Source of the DNA: Deltaproteobacteria bacterium
Lineage (GTDB): Bacteria > Myxococcota_A > UBA9160 > SMWR01
Assembly: GCA_032128375.1 (NCBI GenBank)
Contig: JAQBGU010000115.1
Coordinates: 1 to 64,000, forward strand
Direction of reading: 5' to 3'
Length of the DNA: 64,000 nucleotides
Shown here: positions 1 to 8,414 of the stretch, piece after piece
Layout: each line of letters begins with the position of its first letter
Numbering within the stretch: position 1 is the first letter of the stretch
Made by a program: the position numbers and the translations under genes
Notes under the pieces: model-generated
Told to the model about the DNA's origin: nothing
The model's database searches: none
Seen by the model: the letters and a program-made list of their open reading frames with translations, nothing else

Positions 1-81
1 AACCTCTACTACCGCTGGAGCAAGGACTTCCTCGAAGCTGGCAAGAAACAGCTGGCCGGCGACACGGTCCGCGAAGCGACG
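1..81 (+). mobile_element. IS3-family transposase OrfA fragment, truncated
   Basis: Frame 1 reads NLYYRWSKDFLEAGKKQLAGDTVREAT, a segment I recognise from IS3-family OrfA HTH proteins. Similarity stops at about nt 81 and the frame ends at TGA 115-117. No OrfB follows. Confidence 0.75.
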
Positions 82-115
82 AAGAAGTCGCCTCTGATCT
101 TCGCACAGTGGGGAT

Positions 116-791
116 GACCTACCGCGACATCGACCGCGTAGACCCATACTCTCCTGAGGGGCAGTTTCTATACCGTTGGCGAACGATCGAAGCGGGTGCG
201 AGCAACCCCTCTGCTCCTCAGGCTGTTTGGCCAACCTGAAGGCGAACTCAGCCACGAGGCACGCCTTCGCGTTCTCAGGACCCTCGAGAGCTTCCTCGTT
301 CGGCGGATGGTGACTCGCCAGACAACGAAGGATTACAACAAGTTCTTCCTCGACTGGACTACCCGTTCTATCGCTTGCTCACCCGATCGCGGCTTCGATT
401 TGTTCTAGAAGCTCTCGAAGACCACCAACGCGGCCCGAAAACCGAAGATCAGCACGTAACGCGCGGCAAGTTGACGATCGAACAAAGCCTGTCTCGGTCA
501 TGGCGCAAACGCTGGCCTCCGCCTAAGGGCGAAGATACGACTCGCGCCGAGATCGAACGCGATCGCCTCCTACATACGATCGGAAACCTCACGCTCGTGA
601 CGGCTAGCCTCAATCCAGCGCTTTCCAACGACCCATGGGAAGAGAAGCAAGAGGCGTTGGCGAACCACACCGTCCTCTTGCTCAACAAGAAGCAACTCGA
701 CGGGGGGAGCGACAACTGGAGCGAGACCGAGATCCTCGAGCGGGCGGATACACTGGCCAACGCTGCGATCGAAATCTGGCCCCGAAGGTGA
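116..791 (+). pseudogene. GmrSD-like (DUF262/DUF1524) restriction endonuclease, C-terminal remnant
   Basis: DUF1524-type motif LHTIGNLTLVTASLNPALSNDPWEEK and C-terminus ILERADTLANAAIEIWPR. The reading is split over three frames (breaks near 200 and 360-380), the N-terminus is missing, and the usual TIEHxxP motif reads TIEQSLS. Confidence 0.75.
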
Positions 792-1079
792 GCCGCGCCT
801 AGCTGTCGCCAATCTCGGTGAGAACCGTCCTGCGGAGTCCAGCTCTCACTATTGTTCGTCCCAGATCGCGCTGGGATGTGCTCCGTGGGGCAGTCCTCCG
901 AGCCTCTCCGTCTGCTCCCTTCGCGTTGCAACGCAATACCTGTAAGTCTGTAAGTGGCCGCAGTGAGGCCTAGAAGCAGCAAGGGGCAATCTTCCGCGAG
1001 GTTGGCTACGAGAATTCTCGACACAGTGGCGGTCTCGCTCTGATCTCGCTGCCTTGGTCATCGGATGTGAGGCAAGAAA

Positions 1080-1784
1080 ATGGCGCACATATCTTCCAAC
1101 ACCTACGTTGCTATCTCGCTAAACACCGTTGAGAGAACATTCGAGACGGCGCAGGTTCTACTCGAAGTGGGCGCTGTAGCTCCACCGGAACGGCAGCGGG
1201 CAATCGCTGCAAGTGCGTCTCTGGCACTTACGGCCTGCCTAGAACAATCGGTATTCAACGCACTCTCAAGCTATCGCGCAAATCTGCTCGTCTCTTCGGG
1301 TGGTGCCGCGGAGCGAGGACGAGAAATCGATCGCATCGACGGATGTACGTCCCTCCGGTCGCGGGTTCGCGAACTACCTCAGATTATCTCCGAAGGGAGA
1401 GTCTGTCTCGACCGGTCGGAGCCCGACGTAAGGTCGATCCTGGCCTTGATTGATCTACGGAATAGTCTCATGCACGTCGAAGAACGCGCATTGTCGGTGC
1501 GCTTTAGACTCTCCGAGGGCGCCGCAGGCGAGATTACTCTTACTCCAATTAGCGAAGAGGAAGAGGAGGGGCGGGGAAGCTTGCCCCAGGTTACTGCGAA
1601 GGTAGGCAATGACGGACGCGTGAACTTCATCATTGATCTGAAAGTGACCAATCCGTGGAACTCGGTGAGTCTGATCGAGGCTGAACTCTACCGTCGGGTC
1701 GTTCGGCGCTACATTGATGAGATCGTAAACTGCCCGACCGAATCGCTTGAGCCTGGCCGTTCTGGGCTGCTAAGGATTCCATGA
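1080..1784 (+). CDS. Hypothetical protein with HEPN-like Rx4H motif
   Basis: 234-aa ATG-start ORF, mostly helical in character, containing LIDLRNSLMH (R-N-x3-H). Lies between a defence-gene remnant and a probable att site. Confidence 0.6.
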   Translation: MAHISSNTYVAISLNTVERTFETAQVLLEVGAVAPPERQRAIAASASLALTACLEQSVFNALSSYRANLLVSSGGAAERGREIDRIDGCTSLRSRVRELPQIISEGRVCLDRSEPDVRSILALIDLRNSLMHVEERALSVRFRLSEGAAGEITLTPISEEEEEGRGSLPQVTAKVGNDGRVNFIIDLKVTNPWNSVSLIEAELYRRVVRRYIDEIVNCPTESLEPGRSGLLRIP

Positions 1785-2052
1785 CGCGACACTTCGACGG
1801 GATAGCGGATTGCAACAATGACGGCCTGATGGGCACTTTCATCGGGTTCGCGAATTGCCGAGCGTTTGCCTATCCGTCAGCGACACCGACAAATCGTCGC
1901 GGCTCATTCATGCAGGAAACGCGTGCGGGCCCGCCTTCCGTCGATCAAATTTGCTCAGGGAAGGTTCAGGTAAAATGTGTGAATTTTCGGTACTCCCTGC
2001 AGCCCAATGCACCGGTAACACTGCGAAAACACAGCATTTCCGGAATCCCTTC

Positions 2053-2102
2053 CCACGTTGCCAACGTGGGGGTCGCCAGTTCGAACCTGGTCTCGTGCTC
2101 CA
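2053..2102 (+). mobile_element. tRNA-Gly(GCC) 3' fragment, probable attachment site (attR) of an integrated element
   Basis: Anticodon arm CCACG-TTGCCAA-CGTGG, variable loop GGGTC, T-arm GCCAG-TTCGAAC-CTGGT and acceptor 3' strand ending in CCA. No D-arm or 5' acceptor strand upstream. Confidence 0.85.
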
Positions 2103-2111
2103 TGTTTACCG

Positions 2112-2146
2112 AATGCCCTCGATCAGTCAGGTCGCGGGCGTTTTGG
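2112..2146 (+). terminator. Probable intrinsic terminator downstream of the tRNA fragment
   Basis: Hairpin AATGCCCTCGATC-agtca-GGTCGCGGGCGTT running into a short T tract, about 10 nt after the CCA. Confidence 0.6.
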
Positions 2147-2465
2147 TGTGCTGACCTCATCGGACCGCTTGGTGCGATCATGCAGCCAAGGCGCGACGGC
2201 CGCGCGAGTGCCGCCCGATCAATACACAGGCTCGCGGTTGTATCAGAGTCGTCTGGTGCGACGGGATCTCTCAGTGAACATCAGTATCCATGCGCGTCGG
2301 GGTCGGATAGATCTCGCGTCTCCGGCTCTCGAACAGTTCGCCGAGAAGTCTCGCTCGCTGGTTTGTCGGCGCCTCCGGCCCAGGTCACGATGAGCGCCGT
2401 TGGTCCCTGTTGCAGGGGCACCTGCGAGCTACCCTCCAGATTCAACACGCCGGAGACCGCCAAGT

Positions 2466-2843
2466 ATGGGATTCACCGCCGTCTTTCAGGAAGTCGAAGA
2501 AGGATTCATCGCCTTTGTAGAGGAAGTTCCAGGGGCCAACACACAAGCAGCAACAATCGAGGAAGCCCGCAAAAATCTCCACGAAGCTGTTGAACTCGTT
2601 CTGGAGGCGAACCGCGAGCTGGCGAGGGAATCGGTTGGAGCGGCGAAGGTCATCCGCGAACCCTTCAAGATCACCGGAAGCGCCGCGATTTGCTTCGCCA
2701 CTTGGAAGCGAATGGCTGCGAGATACTGCGCGAGGGCGGCCGACATTCCGTCTACGTCAATCGCGAGAATCGAAAGGTTTCGACCCTACCGAGGCATCGC
2801 GAGATCAACGAACATCTCGCGCGCAAGATCTGTCGAGATCTAG
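2466..2843 (+). CDS. hicB: HicB-family antitoxin (homology ends near 2678, stop codon lost, reads through)
   Basis: MGFTAVFQEVEEGFIAFVEEVPGANTQAATIEEARKNLHEAVELVLEANR is a typical HicB/UPF0150 sequence. GGAG lies upstream of ATG 2466. Confidence 0.85.
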   Translation: MGFTAVFQEVEEGFIAFVEEVPGANTQAATIEEARKNLHEAVELVLEANRELARESVGAAKVIREPFKITGSAAICFATWKRMAARYCARAADIPSTSIARIERFRPYRGIARSTNISRARSVEI

Positions 2844-2866
2844 ACGCGCCCGATCCGGCTGACTAA
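2678..2866 (+). CDS. hicA: HicA-family mRNA interferase toxin (ATG missing, possible TTG start at 2690)
   Basis: Manual translation, absent from the ORF track: KRRDLLRHLEANGCEILREGGRHSVYVNRENRKVSTLPRHREINEHLARKICRDLDAPDPAD*. It has the HicA GxH and PxH motifs. Confidence 0.8.
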   Translation, partial: KRRDLLRHLEANGCEILREGGRHSVYVNRENRKVSTLPRHREINEHLARKICRDLDAPDPAD

Positions 2867-3461
2867 CATCCGCCAGTGGGTGCTCGTCAAGCTGTTCAAT
2901 CATTCGGCACCGTCAACAGGCTCTGGCCACGGCTCGGTGCCGGGAACTCAACTACCCCCCCGACCCTCTGCCGATGACTTCGGTCGGTTTTCTACGAGAG
3001 CGTCGAGCGTTCCAACTCGAATCCCGAGTGCTTTGGCTTCTGGTGTTCGGCACCGGTCATACTCGCCAGGGCTGAGTTTCGCGAGCGCCTCGGCGTGTGC
3101 GTCATCGGTGTTCGTTTCGTTGCTCGGCGCTGGCGTAGTCTCTATGTTCCCGCATCGCGCGAGCTTTGTGATGTCTACAAGGTCTTCGAGTCGATGTCCC
3201 GCTTCCAGATGATCGCGAACGTCTTTGCTTTCGGCTTCGACAACAGCGAGAACTTCTTCAGGGTTGGCCGGATGGCTGCTGTTTGCGCCGCGCCGGTTCC
3301 GCTCTCGTTTTTGTCTTGCACGATGATTACCTCCGCATCACCGAGCGTGTGGGCGTATTCAGGCCCCCGCGGCAAGGAGCTGCGGGATCACACAAACGGG
3401 CGGGGGTGGGTCAATTCTCAATCGATGAAAGAGTCAAAAATTCGGCGTTGACAACAGTTTC

Positions 3462-3487
3462 ATATGATAGCCAATTGGCTATCATAT
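3462..3487. promoter_or_regulatory. Perfect 26-bp palindromic operator overlapping the promoter of the XRE gene
   Basis: ATATGATAGCCAATTGGCTATCATAT is its own reverse complement and ends 4 nt before ATG 3492. It contains a -10-like TATCAT (3480-3485). TTGACA is at 3448-3453. Confidence 0.8.
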
Positions 3488-3491
3488 CGGC

Positions 3492-3818
3492 ATGTCGCTT
3501 AGCGATCTGATTCGCGAGGCACGCCGTCGTTCCGGGTTGTCGCAAGCCGAACTGGCCGATCTTGCAGGCGTGCCGAAGTCGACGGTTGGCCGGATCGAGT
3601 CGCGAACCCGGGTACCCTCAACCGCGATGGCTGAGCGTCTCATTCGTGCGGCGGGCTTCGAAGTTTCAGTCTCCTTGTCGCAGCCCGACCCCGGGACGGA
3701 CTCGATGTTCGAGCGGTCCCTGCGCAGAAGCCCAGCAGATCGACTCTCGGATGCAACCCGAATCGCGCGATTCGTCCTGCGTGGCCGGCGTGCCGTCGCG
3801 TCGAAGGCCGATGGCTAG
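3492..3818 (+). CDS. XRE-family HTH regulator, putative antitoxin
   Basis: LIREARRRSGLSQAELADLAGVPKSTVGRIES is an HTH_3 signature. The gene overlaps the next one by 8 nt. Confidence 0.85.
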   Translation: MSLSDLIREARRRSGLSQAELADLAGVPKSTVGRIESRTRVPSTAMAERLIRAAGFEVSVSLSQPDPGTDSMFERSLRRSPADRLSDATRIARFVLRGRRAVASKADG

Positions 3819-4326
3819 CGGGGACTTCGATCCGGAGCGAATGCTCGCGGCGTTGGCCGACTGTGAGGTGCAGTTTGTGCTGATCGGCGGACTGGCTGCC
3901 GTCCTCTACGGCGATGTTGGAGTAACAGTCGACGTCGATGTGGTCCCCGAGCGTTCACGTGACAATCTCGGTCGATTGGCTCGGGCGCTCGTAGGCCTGC
4001 AGGCTCGCATCCGGACAGAAGGGGAACCGGAGGGCCTCGTCTTCGACTGTTCCGCGGCGTTCTTCTACAACCTCGCTCCCGACGCCATCGTGAACATGAC
4101 GACGGAGTCGGGCGACTTGCACGTCACCTTCCGCCCGAGCGGGACTCAGGGATTCGCCGATCTTCGACGCGATGCAATCGAAATCGAGGCGGGCGATCAG
4201 CTGCAGATTCTCGTCGCATCGCTGGAAGATGTGATTCGCTCGAAGGAGGCGGCCGGTCGGGAAAGGGATCGGCTTGCGCTACCGCGACTGCGCCGACTCC
4301 TGGCGAGACTGCACTCAGACGGCTGA
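3811..4326 (+). CDS. Nucleotidyltransferase-family protein, putative toxin
   Basis: FVLIGGLAAVLYG...TVDVDVV (GG and DxD motifs) and C-terminal LEDVIRSKEAAGRERD. ATG at 3811. Confidence 0.8.
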   Translation: MASGDFDPERMLAALADCEVQFVLIGGLAAVLYGDVGVTVDVDVVPERSRDNLGRLARALVGLQARIRTEGEPEGLVFDCSAAFFYNLAPDAIVNMTTESGDLHVTFRPSGTQGFADLRRDAIEIEAGDQLQILVASLEDVIRSKEAAGRERDRLALPRLRRLLARLHSDG

Positions 4327-4504
4327 TTCCAATGCGGAATGCGGAAAGCACGGCGCGATCGGAGTGGCAGCCGGGCGCAACACAAACGCCCCCGTGGGGG
4401 AGTTTTCAGGCTTCCCTGCGCCCTTGCGCTGCGTGTAGGATCGCGCATGCGCCTGGCCCGGACGTTGCTTCGAGGGTAGCGGCGGGCGACGGAAGGGCTC
4501 CACG

Positions 4505-6631
4505 ATGCATCGCACCCGGTCCCACTCTGTAACACAATTTTGCATAGCTGCCGCTACTTGCGCAGTGTCGTTTCTCTTCGCATCCAACGCCGCAGCCGAG
4601 GATAGGGTTGAGGTGTGTCACATTCCAGATGACAACCCGGACAATTTCCACACGATCAAACGACGCGGGAACGCCCTTTCCGCACATCTCTCACACGGTG
4701 ACCTCGCGGCTCCCTGCGCCGAGTTTTGCGAATCGCTCTGCGACGATGATGACACCTGCACGATCGACATGTGCGACGAAACAGAGCGGTGCATCCACTT
4801 GCCAGTGGACTGCACGGATGGAAACAGGTGCACCGAAGATCTGTTGTGCGATCCGCTCGACGGCTGCCTGAACGCGGTGCAGCTTGGGCAGACTTGCGAT
4901 GATGGCGATACTTGCACCGCATCGGACTCCTGTGATGCTGAGGGGGTGTGCGCCGGGTCCGGCATCCCCGGGTGTTGCATCGGCGTCGCCGACTGCGATG
5001 ACTTTCAGAACTGCACGACCGATTCCTGCAACTTCGCTGCCGGCGCAGCGGCGGGTTTCTGTCAGCACGGCCCAGTGGCGTGCGCCGATCGCGACCTCTG
5101 TTTGGTCGGCGCTTGTAATGAGGCCACCGCTGATTGCGAGTTCACTCCCGTCGTGTGTGAACCAACTCACGTGTGTAACGCAAATACCGGTTCTTGCGAA
5201 CCAGCCTGCGAGCCCTGCTTGGCTCTCGGCGATCCAGCATTGGACTGCGATGCCATCGATGATGGAGAAGGCAACGGTAGCTGCGTCCTTTGCGGCAACG
5301 ATCGGGTTGATGTCGGCGAGGGCTGCGACGGTGCCGAGGACGCCGCCTGCCGGACATTCTGTCAGTCGGATTGTAGGTGCCCGCCGCTGATCGTTCTTGC
5401 CGAGCCGGTCACAGTCGAGCCTGGGGGGGCGACCCTCACTGACGCGGCCAGCGAATTGATTGTCACAGTGCCACCCGGAGCCTTCTATCAGACGGTCTCA
5501 GGTAAGGTTCTCGACGCGAACGGCGCGGGGGTCTCGGGGTCAACCGTTTCAGGCACTCTCGGAATCAACACTGCAACGAGCCGGAGTGGAGCGAGCGGTT
5601 CCTACGTGTTGGTGGTGAACAAAGACTCGAGAGTACGCCCCGAAGGAATTGCGGTGGACTCGAGCGGAAACGTCTACGTGACACTTGGAATCAGCGACAA
5701 CGTCTTCAAGATTACACCGCCCGGGGCGATCACCGAGATCATCGACGCGACGGGAGACGGCGTCGGGAACACGCTGGACGATCCCCGAGCGATCGCGGTG
5801 GACCCCAGCGGAAACGTCTACGTGGTAGGTGAAAGCAGCTTCAACGTCTTCAAGATTGCACCGGACGGAGTCATCACGGAAATCATCGACCCAAGGGCAG
5901 ACGGCGTCGGGGACGTTCTCGGTTTTTTTGATCGGAAAATTGCAGCGGACTCGAGCGGAAACGTCTACGTCTCGGGTAGGAACACCGACAACGCATTCAA
6001 GATCACACCGGGCGGGGCGATCACGGAGATCATCGACGCGAGAGGAGACGGCGTCGGGAACATGCTATTGCGCCCAGCAAAAATCACGGTGGACTCTTTG
6101 GGAAACGTCTTCGTGCCAGGTGCATTCAGCGACAACGTCTTCAAGATTGCACCAGGCGGAGCAATCACGCAGATCATCGACGCGACGGGAGACGGCCTCG
6201 GGCACGAGCTGATACGCCCGCTGGACGTCGCAGTGGACTCCAGCGGAAACGTATACGTGACTGGAATCGTCAGCGACAACGCCTTCAAGATCACACCGGG
6301 CGGGGCGATCACGGAAATCATCGACGTGACGGGAGACGGCGCCGGGAACGCGCTGTCCGAGCCCAAAGGCATCGCCGTGGACTCCAGCGGAAACGTCTAC
6401 GTCGCGCAGAACACGCTGGGATCCATCGTCTTCAAGATTACACCGGGCGGGGCGATCACGAAGATCATCGACGCGACGGGAGACGGCGTCGGGAACGTGC
6501 TGACCTTACCGTCGTCACTTGCAGTGGACTCCAGCGGAAACATCTACGTGACAGGTGCATTCAGCAACAACGTCTTCAAGATTACACCGGGCGGAGTGAT
6601 CACGGAGATCATTGATTCAAACCAGCGATGA
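4505..6631 (+). CDS. Secreted Cys-rich repeat protein with a C-terminal 7-blade NHL/SBBP beta-propeller
   Basis: Signal peptide ending AAA-ED, a VCHIP...AHLSHGD module, CDDGDTCT-type Cys repeats, and seven IAVDSSGNVYV repeats of 48-49 aa. Confidence 0.85.
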   Translation: MHRTRSHSVTQFCIAAATCAVSFLFASNAAAEDRVEVCHIPDDNPDNFHTIKRRGNALSAHLSHGDLAAPCAEFCESLCDDDDTCTIDMCDETERCIHLPVDCTDGNRCTEDLLCDPLDGCLNAVQLGQTCDDGDTCTASDSCDAEGVCAGSGIPGCCIGVADCDDFQNCTTDSCNFAAGAAAGFCQHGPVACADRDLCLVGACNEATADCEFTPVVCEPTHVCNANTGSCEPACEPCLALGDPALDCDAIDDGEGNGSCVLCGNDRVDVGEGCDGAEDAACRTFCQSDCRCPPLIVLAEPVTVEPGGATLTDAASELIVTVPPGAFYQTVSGKVLDANGAGVSGSTVSGTLGINTATSRSGASGSYVLVVNKDSRVRPEGIAVDSSGNVYVTLGISDNVFKITPPGAITEIIDATGDGVGNTLDDPRAIAVDPSGNVYVVGESSFNVFKIAPDGVITEIIDPRADGVGDVLGFFDRKIAADSSGNVYVSGRNTDNAFKITPGGAITEIIDARGDGVGNMLLRPAKITVDSLGNVFVPGAFSDNVFKIAPGGAITQIIDATGDGLGHELIRPLDVAVDSSGNVYVTGIVSDNAFKITPGGAITEIIDVTGDGAGNALSEPKGIAVDSSGNVYVAQNTLGSIVFKITPGGAITKIIDATGDGVGNVLTLPSSLAVDSSGNIYVTGAFSNNVFKITPGGVITEIIDSNQR
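5651..6616 (+). repeat. Seven intragenic tandem repeats of 144-147 bp encoding propeller blades
   Basis: The GTGGACTCxAGCGGAAACGTCTACGT scaffold recurs at about 5651, 5795, 5942, 6086, 6230, 6374 and 6521. Confidence 0.9.
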
Positions 6632-6815
6632 ATGAATCCCTGATGCCCCCGACAGCCCTTTCGCCGATGCGTTCGTGCGAGGCGGGCATGAGTTGCGGCG
6701 TCGGTGGCGCGACGGCGCCGATCTCGGATTCAGAATCGATGGGTCGATGAATTCAACAGGTTTCATTGACCCGCGACAATTCTCGTGGCGGGCCGCTTGG
6801 GGCCAGCTGGTGCCC

Positions 6816-7931
6816 CTACCGGGTACTCACGAACATTCTGAGATGTTCTTGGTCCCTTATACCGCTCTTTTTCCACGCTTCCCGAGCAGCTGCAGCCTCT
6901 CCATCGTGGCGCAGCATGGTCTCATCGAGTGGATAGTTTGGTACACCGCCATCGTGAAAGTCTCGGGTCTGTTGGAAGCGCCTTCCCCAGAGTGGCGTCG
7001 TTCGAAACTCCTGCTTACCGGCTTGGCCGAGGTGGACATCGGAGCCGTCGAGCGCACCCATATCGTGAAGTAGGAAGTCCGAGTACGGGTTGAACTCTAT
7101 GCCCTGGAGAGCTTGGATATCGACCGTGATGTCGCCTACTGCGAAGGGTCCATCCGCGGTCCGGAGTGTTGGAGTATGGCAGGACGCGCAGCCGAGCTGA
7201 TCGAAAACCAACTCACCTCGATCAACGTATATCCGGAGGCCTTCGTCAATCACAGGCTCTGGACTATCGAGTAGGAGGAGATAGTGGAAGCTGCTGAGCG
7301 GAGCGGTTCCGGTTTCCCATGGAGTGAGTCCCATCTCATTTGAATAGGCACGCTCGACAAACTCCATCAGCGTTGCCATCTGATTCTGCGTTCCCCAGCG
7401 CATCACGCGACCGGTCTGTGGTGACCGTACGACGCGGCCTCCGTTCGCGGCCGCCAGCTCCTCGAAGGTGCTGTCCGGGACGGCTTCGACTAGACCGAGT
7501 CCCATGATCCGCGGTGTCTTCCGTGAATCCTGAACATTGGCCCAGTCGGGAAGCTCCTCTGGACCCAGCGTTTTACCTTCGGCTGTGATCCCCTGCGTTC
7601 GGAGTACCAGCCCATTTGTGGGGAGGAACAGCTCTTCGCCTCTTGGCCCCGTGGCTTCTCTTCCGTAGACCGTCACGTCGTTGGGTGGATAGCCGGAAAG
7701 ACCGTTTGCTGGGAAATGGCAGTTGGCACAAGTCCGCGTGTTGAAGAAAGGTCCAAGGCCCTCTTCGGGAGACCAGACGCGGAAGAACTCCGCTTCGCCG
7801 GCATTGAACAAATCCAACTCGGCAGCATTGAGTCCATCCAACGGGAAGAGATTGGACGGTCGGTCGGCTTGAGCCGAAGCCAGACCCGCAAGAAGCAGCG
7901 ACGCAAAGCAGACCCACTTCCTCATCTTCAT
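6816..7931 (-). CDS. Di-heme oxidoreductase (DHOR)-family c-type cytochrome
   Basis: Signal peptide, GLGPFFNTRTCANCH, GCASCHTP, YSDFLLHDMG and FRTTPLWG. AGGAGG RBS upstream. Confidence 0.9.
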   Translation of the reverse strand: MKMRKWVCFASLLLAGLASAQADRPSNLFPLDGLNAAELDLFNAGEAEFFRVWSPEEGLGPFFNTRTCANCHFPANGLSGYPPNDVTVYGREATGPRGEELFLPTNGLVLRTQGITAEGKTLGPEELPDWANVQDSRKTPRIMGLGLVEAVPDSTFEELAAANGGRVVRSPQTGRVMRWGTQNQMATLMEFVERAYSNEMGLTPWETGTAPLSSFHYLLLLDSPEPVIDEGLRIYVDRGELVFDQLGCASCHTPTLRTADGPFAVGDITVDIQALQGIEFNPYSDFLLHDMGALDGSDVHLGQAGKQEFRTTPLWGRRFQQTRDFHDGGVPNYPLDETMLRHDGEAAAAREAWKKSGIRDQEHLRMFVSTR

Positions 7932-8414
7932 CCTCCTTCGTTACCGGCGCGCGCGAGCCTCGTATGGGCTGGAGGAAGGTGGGTGACCCGGTTCGGTCTC
8001 GGAGGAAAATCCACCAGCCGGTCCGCAGCCATGCGTAGACACCTCAACGCACTGACGCGACATCCAGCATCAGCTGTGTGCCGGTCCATTTCGAAAATTG
8101 TTGAACTTCGTGCGTCGCTCCCACGCTCCCAGCCACCAATCTGTACGTCGGAGAAGTATTCCGGACTCGAGAGGGTCTTTGCCAGGAGACGGTTTTCCAT
8201 TTCGACCTTGGCCGCCCTTTCGGCCGGCCACAATGAACAAGAATGCCAAGAAATCCGACCCCCTCCAAATCGTGGGATCACCGAAAGCGCCGGTCCAGCT
8301 CCGTCTCAGATGCTGGATTTCCCGCGTTGCCAAATGTCATGAGGCGCAGCTGCGGGTGGAAATTCGCGTGTCCGAATCGGAAACACGGTCGATCCGCGCG
8401 TGCACCCGGACGTA

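Noticed and set aside
2030..2102. Complete tRNA-Gly gene
   Set aside because: No 5' acceptor strand or D-arm upstream of 2053, so only the 3' part exists.
2880..3451. ORFs between the two toxin-antitoxin modules
   Set aside because: No recognisable motif, RBS or consistent frame. Possibly a remnant, but unsupported.
4330..4500. Possible riboswitch upstream of the secreted propeller gene
   Set aside because: I could not match a known aptamer consensus by eye. An Infernal/Rfam scan would be needed.
5651..6616. Regularly spaced repeats with variable intervals resembling a CRISPR array
   Set aside because: The period is 144-147 bp (multiples of 3) inside an open frame encoding propeller blades, and no cas genes are present.
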